Assembly: GCA_007124105.1 (NCBI GenBank)
Contig: SLFT01000310.1
Span: 1-42,083, forward strand
Reading direction: 5' to 3'
DNA length: 42,083 nt
From: Candidatus Hydrogenedentota bacterium
GTDB taxonomy: Bacteria; Hydrogenedentota; Hydrogenedentia; Hydrogenedentales; CAITNO01
The notes beneath the pieces are model-generated. The model had not been told where the DNA came from, did not search any database, and saw nothing but the letters and a program-made list of their open reading frames with translations. Position 1 is the stretch's first letter, and the number at the start of each line of letters is the position of its first letter. The translations under genes were made by a program, and so were the position numbers. Of this stretch, positions 26,615 through 35,444 are shown in pieces.

Positions 26615-28069
26615 GTGCTGGATGACGTGGAGCGGGGCGTTTCCGTCACGGCAGTTGGCAATGATACGGCGTATGTTGCGGGAGGGATATTTATCGAGCA
26701 GGAGAGCGAAGACCAGGGAGCTATCTATCCAACAAGAATATACACCAGTAGCGATGGGTTACAGTGGGACACGTTGCCAGACGCGTCTGCTATTATGTGG
26801 AAGATGCCCTATCACCTGTTTGAAGCGCACGGCTGCCTGTATTTCGAGTGCGCTTCGGAGGATCTGAAGGAATTTATGGCTGGCTTTGGCATTACACTTG
26901 AACCGGGTACGCTTATTCCGCTTTTTCTGGTTGATATATTGTTGGATTCGGGAAACCTGGCGCCGGTTGTCTATCGTTCCTGCGACGGCGGCGCCAGCTG
27001 GACAATAGTGCAGGATGTGCCGTGGCATGATGGGGACACTTTCAGCATGCCTCAATATCATGTTTCGTTTAATAACAACCATTACACCCGCGCTGTCACG
27101 GATATTAATAGTCCAATCGGTTCACGGGCGTATCTGTTTTATGCAGACGCATTCGGCATCTGGCAGTATCAAAATGTAATTCCCTGGGCATCGCACCAGC
27201 ACGTGTTTGGTATCGGCGTTTCCCAAAATGCCTTATACAGTATTGCCATGGACACCGCATGGATGTCGCATTTCAATCATGACGGCCTCTACGAAGGCCC
27301 CACTGTCTGGAAAAGTGTGAATGGCGTTGATTGGTCGCCTCATTCCATGCAGGCGCCCATCGCCGCGGCATTGGCGGCTTCGGACAATATTCTTGTTGCC
27401 AGCCATTTAACGTTTGACTATGTACAGCTACGCACCCCCGGCATCTACTATTCAGTGGATGGCGCATCCTGGTTTTGCTGGCGTGATTGGCCTGATGATT
27501 GCGCTGACGAGAACTGTTCTGCCATACCGCTTATGATCACGGACGATGCCCTCTACCTAAGCGTTGAAATTGTGGATGACTGGTCAACAGTCACGGAATT
27601 GTGGCGCATGCCAGTATCGTTCTTCCTTTCAGACGGGCCGCCACGCGTTACCATCAGCCGGGCCATGTATCAGCCCGCCCATGCAACGGCGTTCCCCATT
27701 TATTTTGATATTGTATGGAGCAAGCCTGTTTATGGCTTCAGCGCCAATGATATCGTCCTCGATGGATTTTATTTTACCCTGGATGAAGCCTCGCAGAAGA
27801 ACGACGGAACACACTACATACTGACGGTTACCGGCATTGTTTACGGCGAAGGCGGCACTATTGTTGCGCCAACAATACCTGAAGGCATGGTAGTGGATGG
27901 GCAAGGGAACCCAAACGAGGAAGCGGCCTGCGTGAATGCGGACGTTGTCCTCGAACTTTCACCCCAAGTGTCCGTATACAAACATTCGAGTGGCGCCATA
28001 TTGCTGGTACTGTTGGCGTTACTGGGCGTTGTCAGAACGAAACGACCGGATTTGCTCCGTCGAGAATAA
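26615..28069 (+). CDS. BNR/Asp-box repeat propeller protein with Ig-like domain and C-terminal hydrophobic anchor; N-terminus possibly truncated
   Basis: 484 aa. Asp-box motifs SSDGLQW, SCDGGASW, SVNGVDW and SVDGASW. Adhesin-type Ig-like segment (..FDIVWSKPVYGFSANDIVLDG..VVDGQGNPNEEA). C-terminal AILLVLLALLGVVRTKRPDLLRRE. No signal peptide. GTG start preceded by in-frame TGA at 26588. Confidence 0.62.
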   Translation: MLDDVERGVSVTAVGNDTAYVAGGIFIEQESEDQGAIYPTRIYTSSDGLQWDTLPDASAIMWKMPYHLFEAHGCLYFECASEDLKEFMAGFGITLEPGTLIPLFLVDILLDSGNLAPVVYRSCDGGASWTIVQDVPWHDGDTFSMPQYHVSFNNNHYTRAVTDINSPIGSRAYLFYADAFGIWQYQNVIPWASHQHVFGIGVSQNALYSIAMDTAWMSHFNHDGLYEGPTVWKSVNGVDWSPHSMQAPIAAALAASDNILVASHLTFDYVQLRTPGIYYSVDGASWFCWRDWPDDCADENCSAIPLMITDDALYLSVEIVDDWSTVTELWRMPVSFFLSDGPPRVTISRAMYQPAHATAFPIYFDIVWSKPVYGFSANDIVLDGFYFTLDEASQKNDGTHYILTVTGIVYGEGGTIVAPTIPEGMVVDGQGNPNEEAACVNADVVLELSPQVSVYKHSSGAILLVLLALLGVVRTKRPDLLRRE

Positions 28070-28172
28070 CCATTAAGAACGCCGTAATCCTGCAATCAAA
28101 TCAACTGCTTGTCAGTTCCCGCAAAACCCGTTGATGAACGAGAACTTCGATGAAAAGTCGGTGAGTGCAAGA

Positions 28173-28182
28173 GGGGGGGGGG
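28173..28182. repeat. G10 homopolymer in the 5' region of the second symporter gene
   Basis: Read directly (gaGGGGGGGGGGaa), about 230 nt upstream of the GTG at 28414. Confidence 0.9.
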
Positions 28183-28413
28183 AAGGCCGATTCGCGGGCA
28201 TTACAGAGGCCTGTTGAGATATGTGGTTGACGCGAGAAATCTGTAGCCGCATAACCCTTGCATCATCAGTCATCCTTTCGCTATTATGCCCATACGACAT
28301 ATTTTATTGACCGTATTGCGTTTGGGCGAGGCAGTTTTGCTTGTTTTCGCGGCTTTGATGTACATACGACGAAAGGCGGCGCCGCTTAGTCCAGTAACCA
28401 AAAAGGAGGGGAT

Positions 28414-30288
28414 GTGTCTCATAACTGGATATTGTGGGCGATTGTTGTCAGCTATATCTCTTTTGTATTTTTCAAGGGCGTGCTGAAAGTCCGCCAGGTT
28501 GACAACGCCGACGACTGGCTGGTAGCCGGACGCAGCATGGGCTGGTTTTTTCTCTTCTGCACCATGGGCGCCACGGTAATCGGTGGCGGGGCGTCCATCG
28601 GCGCGATCGCGCGCACCTACGAGTGGGGCGTGTTGATGCTGGTGGTGTCGTGTGGACTTTATGCGCATTTCATCTTTGCTGGACTGCTTGTGGCGCCTCG
28701 GTTTCGCGAAGCGAAGTTGTACACCGCCGCCGGTTATTTTGGACATCGCTTCGGCGAGGGGCCGCGTTTTGTAGCGTTTTTGCTTTCGTTGCTCTTTTCG
28801 GTGTTTATTGTGGCGGCGCAGATGGCCGCTTTCGGCAGCGTCATGGCTGCCATTATGCCGCAGTTTTCCGATGTGGAAATGGTATTGCGGTTAGCCATTA
28901 TTGTGGGCGGGACAATGGTGGTTATTTACAGCACGGCTGGCGGGTTGCTGGCCGTGATTCATACTGACGTCTATCAATTTATTGTGTTGCTGTTAGGCTT
29001 TTTCATTACCCTGGCTTTTTGTATACCCGATATTGTTACGTCTTATGACAGCGACACGGGCCAGTTCATACCGAACCGTTTCGGCGCTGTTGATATTGTG
29101 GACGCGCCGGCTCTATCCGCGCGACTTCGCGACGGCGCCGACCCGCTTTCCGCTTATCTTCAGGAAAAATCGGCTGTCGCCATACCAGAGATTGCCGAGG
29201 ATGAACGGCGTCCCAAACCGAAGATTCGGCGGTTGGTGGGCATACTCAATGACGCATTGGAAGACGATGCCCTGTATACGCCCGAGCGCTTCGCGCATAT
29301 ATCCCTCAGCGCGCAGACTGACGAGCATATCGCGGCTACAGCCAACGGAAACGACACAACAGAAATGCTTCTCCGGCGCAATCTGCTCCTGATACAGGAT
29401 GCGTTCGCGGCGGAGATTTCGCCCAATCGCACTATCTCGTTGGACTTTTTCAAGTTGCACGGCGGCAAGGGCTGGATATTTATGATCACCACCTTTTTTG
29501 CGTTCATGCTGGGCGAAGCCTTTGCGCCGGGGTATGTGACGCGTTATTGCGCGGGGAAAAACATCCGCGAAACCAAAATCGGCATCGCGGGCGTTGGTTT
29601 TTTCCTCGCTCTTGTGTTCCCCGCTGTCTTATTGTTTATCGCCCTCTACGCTCGCATCCATTATCCCGACATTGAACCGCAACAGGCGTTGCCCATGGTG
29701 GTGCGCCAGCTGAACAACCCAGTGATTGCTGGGCTTATTATTGGCGCTTTGCTCATGGCGGTGATGTCGTCCGCGGATTCCGCGCTAAACAGCGCCACCG
29801 CCATTTTTGTCAAAGACTTGTTCGAGCACCAGCTCGGGTGGGAAGACACGGGAGACGGACGCCTGTTGCGGCTGGCCCGTATTTGCAGCGCGGGACTCGG
29901 CGCTACCGCCATTCTGGTGGCTGTTATCCACTCGGATATTATTGATTTGCTTTTGTTCACGTATCACGTGTGGGCGCCGGCGATTATACTGCCAGTCTGC
30001 GTGGGCGTGTTTACACGAAGCCACTCAAAGCGCCAGACGCGCATTGTCGTGCTTACTATGGTAATCACGACCATCTGCACACTGATTTACCGGATGCCGT
30101 TGATGTTGCGCAACCAGTTGGATATCGCCCTGTTCAGCGATGGCGTGTATGGGTTCCTGGAGCAGTTTGATCCGGCTGTGTTCGGCGTGTTGACGTCTAT
30201 TGTCCTCTTTTTCCTGATGACCGGCGTCAGCCGCATGTTGTGGGGCTTGCCGTCCGACGCTACAGTACACGATCCCCGGGCTGCGTAG
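28414..30288 (+). CDS. sodium:solute symporter (SSF) family transporter with ~100-140-aa soluble insertion
   Basis: 624 aa with GTG start after GGAGGGG. SSF N-terminal signature DDWLVAGRSMGWFFLFCTMGATVIGGGASIG. Residues about 208-352 (nt about 29035-29470) are hydrophilic and charged. Confidence 0.88.
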   Translation: MSHNWILWAIVVSYISFVFFKGVLKVRQVDNADDWLVAGRSMGWFFLFCTMGATVIGGGASIGAIARTYEWGVLMLVVSCGLYAHFIFAGLLVAPRFREAKLYTAAGYFGHRFGEGPRFVAFLLSLLFSVFIVAAQMAAFGSVMAAIMPQFSDVEMVLRLAIIVGGTMVVIYSTAGGLLAVIHTDVYQFIVLLLGFFITLAFCIPDIVTSYDSDTGQFIPNRFGAVDIVDAPALSARLRDGADPLSAYLQEKSAVAIPEIAEDERRPKPKIRRLVGILNDALEDDALYTPERFAHISLSAQTDEHIAATANGNDTTEMLLRRNLLLIQDAFAAEISPNRTISLDFFKLHGGKGWIFMITTFFAFMLGEAFAPGYVTRYCAGKNIRETKIGIAGVGFFLALVFPAVLLFIALYARIHYPDIEPQQALPMVVRQLNNPVIAGLIIGALLMAVMSSADSALNSATAIFVKDLFEHQLGWEDTGDGRLLRLARICSAGLGATAILVAVIHSDIIDLLLFTYHVWAPAIILPVCVGVFTRSHSKRQTRIVVLTMVITTICTLIYRMPLMLRNQLDIALFSDGVYGFLEQFDPAVFGVLTSIVLFFLMTGVSRMLWGLPSDATVHDPRAA

Positions 30289-30454
30289 ACTCCTCTTGCG
30301 CGTCCCACACAAGTTTGCGAGGCTTATGGGGCGCGTTGCGGTCCTCCAACTGCTTGTACCGTTCCCGGCGTTCGCATTCCGGAACACAAGCGAAGCAAGT
30401 ACCCACGCATGTTTCCTTTTCTTCCGGGGGCAGTGGTTCGTTACTGTTGCTCAT
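30260..30454 (-). CDS. candidate small Cys-rich protein (64 aa), translationally coupled to the GH172 gene
   Basis: ATG at 30454-30452 overlaps the last 14 nt of the upstream gene, with GGGGAG 4-5 nt upstream. MSNSNEPLPPEEKETCVGTCFACVPECERRERYKQ... contains C-x3-C-x2-C-x3-C. No homology recognised, so it could be a chance ORF. Confidence 0.3.
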   Translation of the reverse strand: MSNSNEPLPPEEKETCVGTCFACVPECERRERYKQLEDRNAPHKPRKLVWDAQEESTQPGDRVL

Positions 30455-31676
30455 ATCGCTCCCCAATGGCAACGACGCGTTCTTCGAGGGGCGCGATGGA
30501 CGGCAGCCCGTTTTCCGGCTTGTCCAGGTAAAAAAGCGCCACCGCGCTGACATCGTCGCGACGGTAATAATTTGTCCAGCCATAGGGCACGTCCGGACTA
30601 TCCAATGTCATGGGCGGATCGCTTTCGAGCAAATTGATGTATTCGTCGCGGGTGGCCACGGATATCGGTATGATCTCGATGTCCTTCTCAAGCATTTCCT
30701 TGACAAACTCCTGCATGGCGCCGCCTATCTGTTGAATGGTAACGCGGATATCCTGGTGGAAATAGATGGGGTCGGGCACATGATGGCGATAAAAGGTCCA
30801 GTACATATTCACGTTGTCAATAAGCGGCGAGCCCTGATAGCGATGCGCGAATTCGCCCTGGAAATAGGCCGTGCCCACGTAATCCTCGGTGCCCGTTCCA
30901 ACAATGGTCGGGAATTCGATGTCGCCGTCCAGAAACATTTTAACTTCGCCCTCGCCCCACCAGCCAAGGTTGTCGGGGTGGCCGATAACGCCAATATGGG
31001 CGCCCAGGAATCGGCCCCGTCCTGATACGGTGGGTAGAATGGTAAAATCGCGGCCCAATTCCGTCCATCGTTCGCGCCGCCAGACGGCATGAAAATAGAG
31101 CGGTTCTTCAACATCGCTCTCGCGCAGGGAATAGTTGATATCGTAGAAGAGGGCGCTCAAGTCTTCATCCGACTCGTTGGTAAAAGTGATGCGCGCGCGT
31201 TTTCGGAAAGGCATGGGCGTGAAAGCGTTGAAAGAGCGCCCTTCAGGACTGCTGAATAATTCGCTTTCAAAAGCGGTCATCTCGCCGAGGATGGCCCCAA
31301 AAAAATCGCCGAAAGGCGCTTCTACCGCTGGCGTCTCTGCATTGTCCCAGTACATGCGCAACACGATGGCGCGCAGCATTTTCGGGCTTCGGTCGGACAT
31401 GGTAAACCACATGCGATGGATAATGCCCGCGCCTTCCACGTCCATGAGCGTTACCTCCTCGCCGGCGGCAATACGGTTAAAGGCGGCGCCTTTTGCGCCG
31501 CGATTCGCCTGGCCGCCGGCGCCCTTGGCGCCCGTGGGATTCTCGAAACTTATCCAGCGCGATTGCGCGTCGTCGCGCATTTCATACAAAGGTGAGGAAT
31601 ATGCTGTGTCCGGCGCGACAAAGCCATGGCAACACGCCAGACCAACCAATAAGGCGACATAATGTTTACGCTGCAT
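30441..31676 (-). CDS. DUF2961 / glycoside hydrolase family 172 protein
   Basis: Start taken at ATG 31676 (signal peptide MQRKHYVALLVGLACCHGFVA, RBS GAGGAGA). Family motifs IHRMWFT, MYWDNAETPAVEAPFGDFF, TPMPFRKRARITFTNES, YFHAVWRRE, WWGEGEVKMFLDGD and GTGTEDY. Confidence 0.85.
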   Translation of the reverse strand: MQRKHYVALLVGLACCHGFVAPDTAYSSPLYEMRDDAQSRWISFENPTGAKGAGGQANRGAKGAAFNRIAAGEEVTLMDVEGAGIIHRMWFTMSDRSPKMLRAIVLRMYWDNAETPAVEAPFGDFFGAILGEMTAFESELFSSPEGRSFNAFTPMPFRKRARITFTNESDEDLSALFYDINYSLRESDVEEPLYFHAVWRRERWTELGRDFTILPTVSGRGRFLGAHIGVIGHPDNLGWWGEGEVKMFLDGDIEFPTIVGTGTEDYVGTAYFQGEFAHRYQGSPLIDNVNMYWTFYRHHVPDPIYFHQDIRVTIQQIGGAMQEFVKEMLEKDIEIIPISVATRDEYINLLESDPPMTLDSPDVPYGWTNYYRRDDVSAVALFYLDKPENGLPSIAPLEERVVAIGERYEQQ

Positions 31677-31695
31677 GACATGGTCTCCTCTGTGT

Positions 31696-32316
31696 TTATG
31701 CAAAGATGAATGCGCGACAAGGCGCTCCGTCTGCGCCCACGATGGGCAGGGGCAGCACAATAAAGTCGTAGACTCCAGGCGCCACATCAGCCAGTCGCAG
31801 CCCCTCGACCACGAACACGCCCGCGCCCAGCAGAATGCGATGAACGGGGACGCCGTCGCCAAAGGGGGCAATGGACAAATAATCAATCCCTACCAGTTTC
31901 ACGTTGTCTGTCACAAGCCGCTCGGCGGCGTCCGTATGCAACGCGACAAACTCGCGGTCAAATGAACCGTCCATGGGGATAGTGGAGTTGCGCGTTTTGA
32001 AGAGAACCCGTGACGGCAGTTTGGATTCAGGCAAGTGTTCGGCGCGGATGATATCTACATCCGGCAGCTCAATCACGAGCGCTTCGCCAATGAATACCGA
32101 CGGGTCCACTTGGTCCAACGTGGCGCCGTCGTCCACAAAATGCCAGGGCGCGTCGCAATGAGTGCCCGTGTGGCTGGACATGGCAATGCGAGAAACATTG
32201 CACGCCGCGCCGTCGGCCATGCGACTGGCCGGCTCGAAGGAAAATCTGGGGTCGCCCGGCCATACGGTCATTTCCGGACGCATGGGAATGCTTACGTCGC
32301 GCCATTTATACTGCAT
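31696..32316 (-). CDS. cyclase family protein (kynurenine formamidase-like)
   Basis: 206 aa. HTGTHCDAPWHF motif of the putative cyclase/arylformamidase family. Confidence 0.85.
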   Translation of the reverse strand: MQYKWRDVSIPMRPEMTVWPGDPRFSFEPASRMADGAACNVSRIAMSSHTGTHCDAPWHFVDDGATLDQVDPSVFIGEALVIELPDVDIIRAEHLPESKLPSRVLFKTRNSTIPMDGSFDREFVALHTDAAERLVTDNVKLVGIDYLSIAPFGDGVPVHRILLGAGVFVVEGLRLADVAPGVYDFIVLPLPIVGADGAPCRAFIFA

Positions 32317-32399
32317 GATATGCTCCTTTCCGGTTGTCGTTGCCTGCTTGGGCAGCCAATGATGCGCTGCGGCGCAGCGTTAAAATATCTGTTCGCTTC

Positions 32400-33584
32400 T
32401 CATTCTTCAGATGTTATCCAGTCCTCCATGAAACGTACATGTTTTATGGTGCTGCCTTCAACTTCTTCTCTCCGATACGAATAGGTGACATGCAACGCGT
32501 CGTCCTGGGCCTGAATGATGGTGGGATATGAGAAGGAGCCCTTGTCCTTGTCGGCTTCTTCAATAATACGGGACCAGTTCCAGGACATCCCTTCGTCATC
32601 GGAGAGATATACTGTCAACTGGTGACGGCCAAACATGGTGTCGTTGCACACCAGCGCCCAGTTGCCGCTGCGCAGTGCCTGGACATGTACGCTGGAGCCT
32701 GAGTTCGATATGCCTGTAATGAATACCGGCCCCCAAGTCATGCCGTTGTCCTGGGAGACGGAAAATCGCACCTGCTTTGGCAGACCATTGTCACGCATAA
32801 ACGCAACAATCTCACCATTTTTCCGTTGCGCAAAGCTGGGTTGTATGTTGCCCAGCATTGTGGCGTCGGGGTCCATGATGGGCTCGCTATAGCGCCAGGT
32901 TTCGCCGCTGTCGTTGGTGAAAGCGGCCAGCGAACAGTTAAATACGTCGGAATACAGGCCAAGCATCATTTGTCCGTCCGCGAGTATGATGGGTTGACAC
33001 CGCGGCATCCAGCCCAGGCGTTGATGCAATTTTATCTGGGCGCGTTCCCGGAGTTCCTGTACTTGTTCCTTAATATCGGGGATAAAGGATTCGAGAATAT
33101 TGCCGTACGTCTCGATACCGTCGTCAATGACTTGCAGAAATTGTTCCTCGAGCGCGAGGGGGCGCGTATGAATGACGTCTTGCCAGTCCCAGATGGGCGG
33201 GCCATCGCCTTGATAGTCCGTGGAGGTGCGATACTTGAGCAGTGAGCCGCCCCACTGGTTATCCTGAACGGCAATCCAGAACAGCCACAGCACATCGTCT
33301 GCGTCAATAAACAGTACGGGGTTGCAGTCCGGGATATCAGGGGTGTTCGCCATCAGGAATGGTTCAGACCAGGTTGACGCGCCTGCGCGTTTGCGCGCGC
33401 CCTGGACAAGCACGTCGTCGGCCCATCGTTCGCCGGTTCCATGAAACCATGCGGCGATTAAGTCGCCGTCACGTGTCTCCACGATGCTTGAACTGTGGTT
33501 GTGCAATTCGTTCGGCGGAAAAATGAATTCGCCTTCCAGCGCCGTGGGAGCGATAGTTGCGCAGAGCAACAACGATATCAACAT
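32400..33584 (-). CDS. sialidase-like BNR-repeat beta-propeller glycosidase (BNR_2 type)
   Basis: 394 aa. N-terminal hydrophobic leader. HNHSSSIVETRDGDLIAAWFHGTGE typical of the BNR_2 family. Asp-boxes NDSGETW, SQDNGMTW and SDDEGMSW. Confidence 0.8.
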   Translation of the reverse strand: MLISLLLCATIAPTALEGEFIFPPNELHNHSSSIVETRDGDLIAAWFHGTGERWADDVLVQGARKRAGASTWSEPFLMANTPDIPDCNPVLFIDADDVLWLFWIAVQDNQWGGSLLKYRTSTDYQGDGPPIWDWQDVIHTRPLALEEQFLQVIDDGIETYGNILESFIPDIKEQVQELRERAQIKLHQRLGWMPRCQPIILADGQMMLGLYSDVFNCSLAAFTNDSGETWRYSEPIMDPDATMLGNIQPSFAQRKNGEIVAFMRDNGLPKQVRFSVSQDNGMTWGPVFITGISNSGSSVHVQALRSGNWALVCNDTMFGRHQLTVYLSDDEGMSWNWSRIIEEADKDKGSFSYPTIIQAQDDALHVTYSYRREEVEGSTIKHVRFMEDWITSEE

Positions 33585-33908
33585 AGAACCGTCCTTTCTG
33601 TTTTTGTATTTCTTTTCCGTGTGTCCATATTATGGCTTTCAATAAAATTCCAGACAAGTTTGTCAGAGACACGACTGGTTGACGCATCGCATACCGCGGG
33701 CATTTTCAACGAATCCATGTGGCCCACACGCATCCTGTGCTTCGTTTCACATCTTTGCCGGGGCGATAAGACATGCAGCGCTATATAGCGCAAGACACGT
33801 CAAGGGGAATTATAACGGTTCATCATGTTAGAATTGAATACAGGCGCGGATATTGTATGCCCTTCCCTGTTATGACATTGAGGCGCATCCCCTTGTTGGA
33901 GGTGGAAT

Positions 33909-34700
33909 GTGAAGGCTGAAATCTCAGACGGAACAATCACAGAATATGAACGGGCAGTGTGCTATTACACGTTGCCCAAGGTGACCAGTCCGCTCACGTA
34001 TGGCCTGCTTATCGCTTACGCCGTATGTGTTGTAGAGGCCGTTGCGGCGCTTGTATATGGCCTTGCTACGGGCAATCGTTCATGGATAGCGGCTGGTACG
34101 CTGGCCCTTGGGTGCATCGTGATTTTCGGTATGATAGCGTTTACCGTGCGCGCGCTGATAAACGACTGGCGCAAGCGCGCGGCACTCGCGGCGGCGCATT
34201 ATGCGCCGGACGCGTCCGGAGCGGAGGATATTCCCGACCCTTTCGCCGGTCATCTGTTGTTGCGGCATCCTGCCAATATCGGATTGGAGGAATTTGATTG
34301 CGTGACAAACACTGGCTCAATAGAGTATCATGTAGAGACTAAACGGGCCAATAAGCACTGGCGCGTAAGCGCGGCTGAATCGAAACCGCTCTTTGATGTC
34401 CTTGTCGAGCATGGCGCGTTGCATGTTGCCGCCTTGACGGGACGCCCGATTCGTTTGGGTGTGTTTGCCGACAAGAAAAAGATAGCAGCGGTGGTTCGGC
34501 GCAACACGTTGCGCGCAGCCGTTGTGGATGTGTTTCCGGTGGCGCATTCGGTCGAAAAATATACCATAACAAATGATTGTATTTACTTGTCGGAACGGTT
34601 GATAGGCAGAATATATATATTGCGCGACCATGTATACCTGGATATTGAACGTGAACATGTCGCGCCGGGCATTGTTGCGCACTTTATAACCTTGAGATAA
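33909..34700 (+). CDS. hypothetical membrane protein (two TM helices plus beta-rich C-terminal domain)
   Basis: 263 aa with GTG start after GGAGGTGG. TM segments LTYGLLIAYAVCVVEAVAALVYGL and AAGTLALGCIVIFGMIAFTV. No family recognised. Confidence 0.6.
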   Translation: MKAEISDGTITEYERAVCYYTLPKVTSPLTYGLLIAYAVCVVEAVAALVYGLATGNRSWIAAGTLALGCIVIFGMIAFTVRALINDWRKRAALAAAHYAPDASGAEDIPDPFAGHLLLRHPANIGLEEFDCVTNTGSIEYHVETKRANKHWRVSAAESKPLFDVLVEHGALHVAALTGRPIRLGVFADKKKIAAVVRRNTLRAAVVDVFPVAHSVEKYTITNDCIYLSERLIGRIYILRDHVYLDIEREHVAPGIVAHFITLR

Positions 34701-34803
34701 CTGGCGATATTCGCGGGCGGGTTGATTTCGACGGCCGCTTCTGCTAAATTATTGGTTTGCAGTATCTAAAACGATTCTTTCCTAAAAGGAGTATGTCCTG
34801 ACC

Positions 34804-35379
34804 ATGGCACTTAGCAAAAAACAATTAAAAACCATTGAACAACTGGAGCGTCGCGTGGAACTGTGTCGCGAATTCATGAATGACTGGCTGTTGTTCAACC
34901 AGATTCTGAGCTCGTATCCGAACCCGGGCGTTAATAAGGCCCAGTTGGAAAACCAATTCCTCAAAATTAAAAGCAAGCTGGCTCGGGAACATCGTGTGCT
35001 CCAGCAGACGTTGGTTGATGACTATAATCTTGATGGCAACACCATGAATATTGTTTCGGGCGCCACCAATCTCGAGTCTATATATTCGCAATCCGAGGTG
35101 GCCCTCAAGAAATTGCAGACAGAATGGCACCGCGCCTTTATTGCTATTAACGAGACGCTTGGCGTACTCGAGGATAAGAAAGTGCGCGCTGAAGCGGGCG
35201 AAAAGATATTTTTGAACGCCGCTGAAATGGGCGGCGGCGGCGGCGGCGGTGGGGGCATTAACCCCAAAACGCTGAAAACCGTTTTAATCATTGGCGCTGT
35301 TATTGCCGTGATTGCCGTTGTTTTTATTTTCGACATCGCAGGCATCGGGTCAATGTACCGACGGGCCTTGGGCATGTAG
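34804..35379 (+). CDS. hypothetical tail-anchored protein (helical N-domain, Gly9 tract, C-terminal TM helix)
   Basis: 191 aa. The Gly9 tract is encoded by (GGC)6-GGT-GGG-GGC at 35230-35256 and is followed by VLIIGAVIAVIAVVFIFDIAGIG. No family recognised. Confidence 0.6.
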   Translation: MALSKKQLKTIEQLERRVELCREFMNDWLLFNQILSSYPNPGVNKAQLENQFLKIKSKLAREHRVLQQTLVDDYNLDGNTMNIVSGATNLESIYSQSEVALKKLQTEWHRAFIAINETLGVLEDKKVRAEAGEKIFLNAAEMGGGGGGGGGINPKTLKTVLIIGAVIAVIAVVFIFDIAGIGSMYRRALGM

Positions 35380-35444
35380 TATTCTGTTATGTCAATGATG
35401 TCGCTATTTATGGAATTACGGCGGCTATTGGTTTAAGTGGATGA

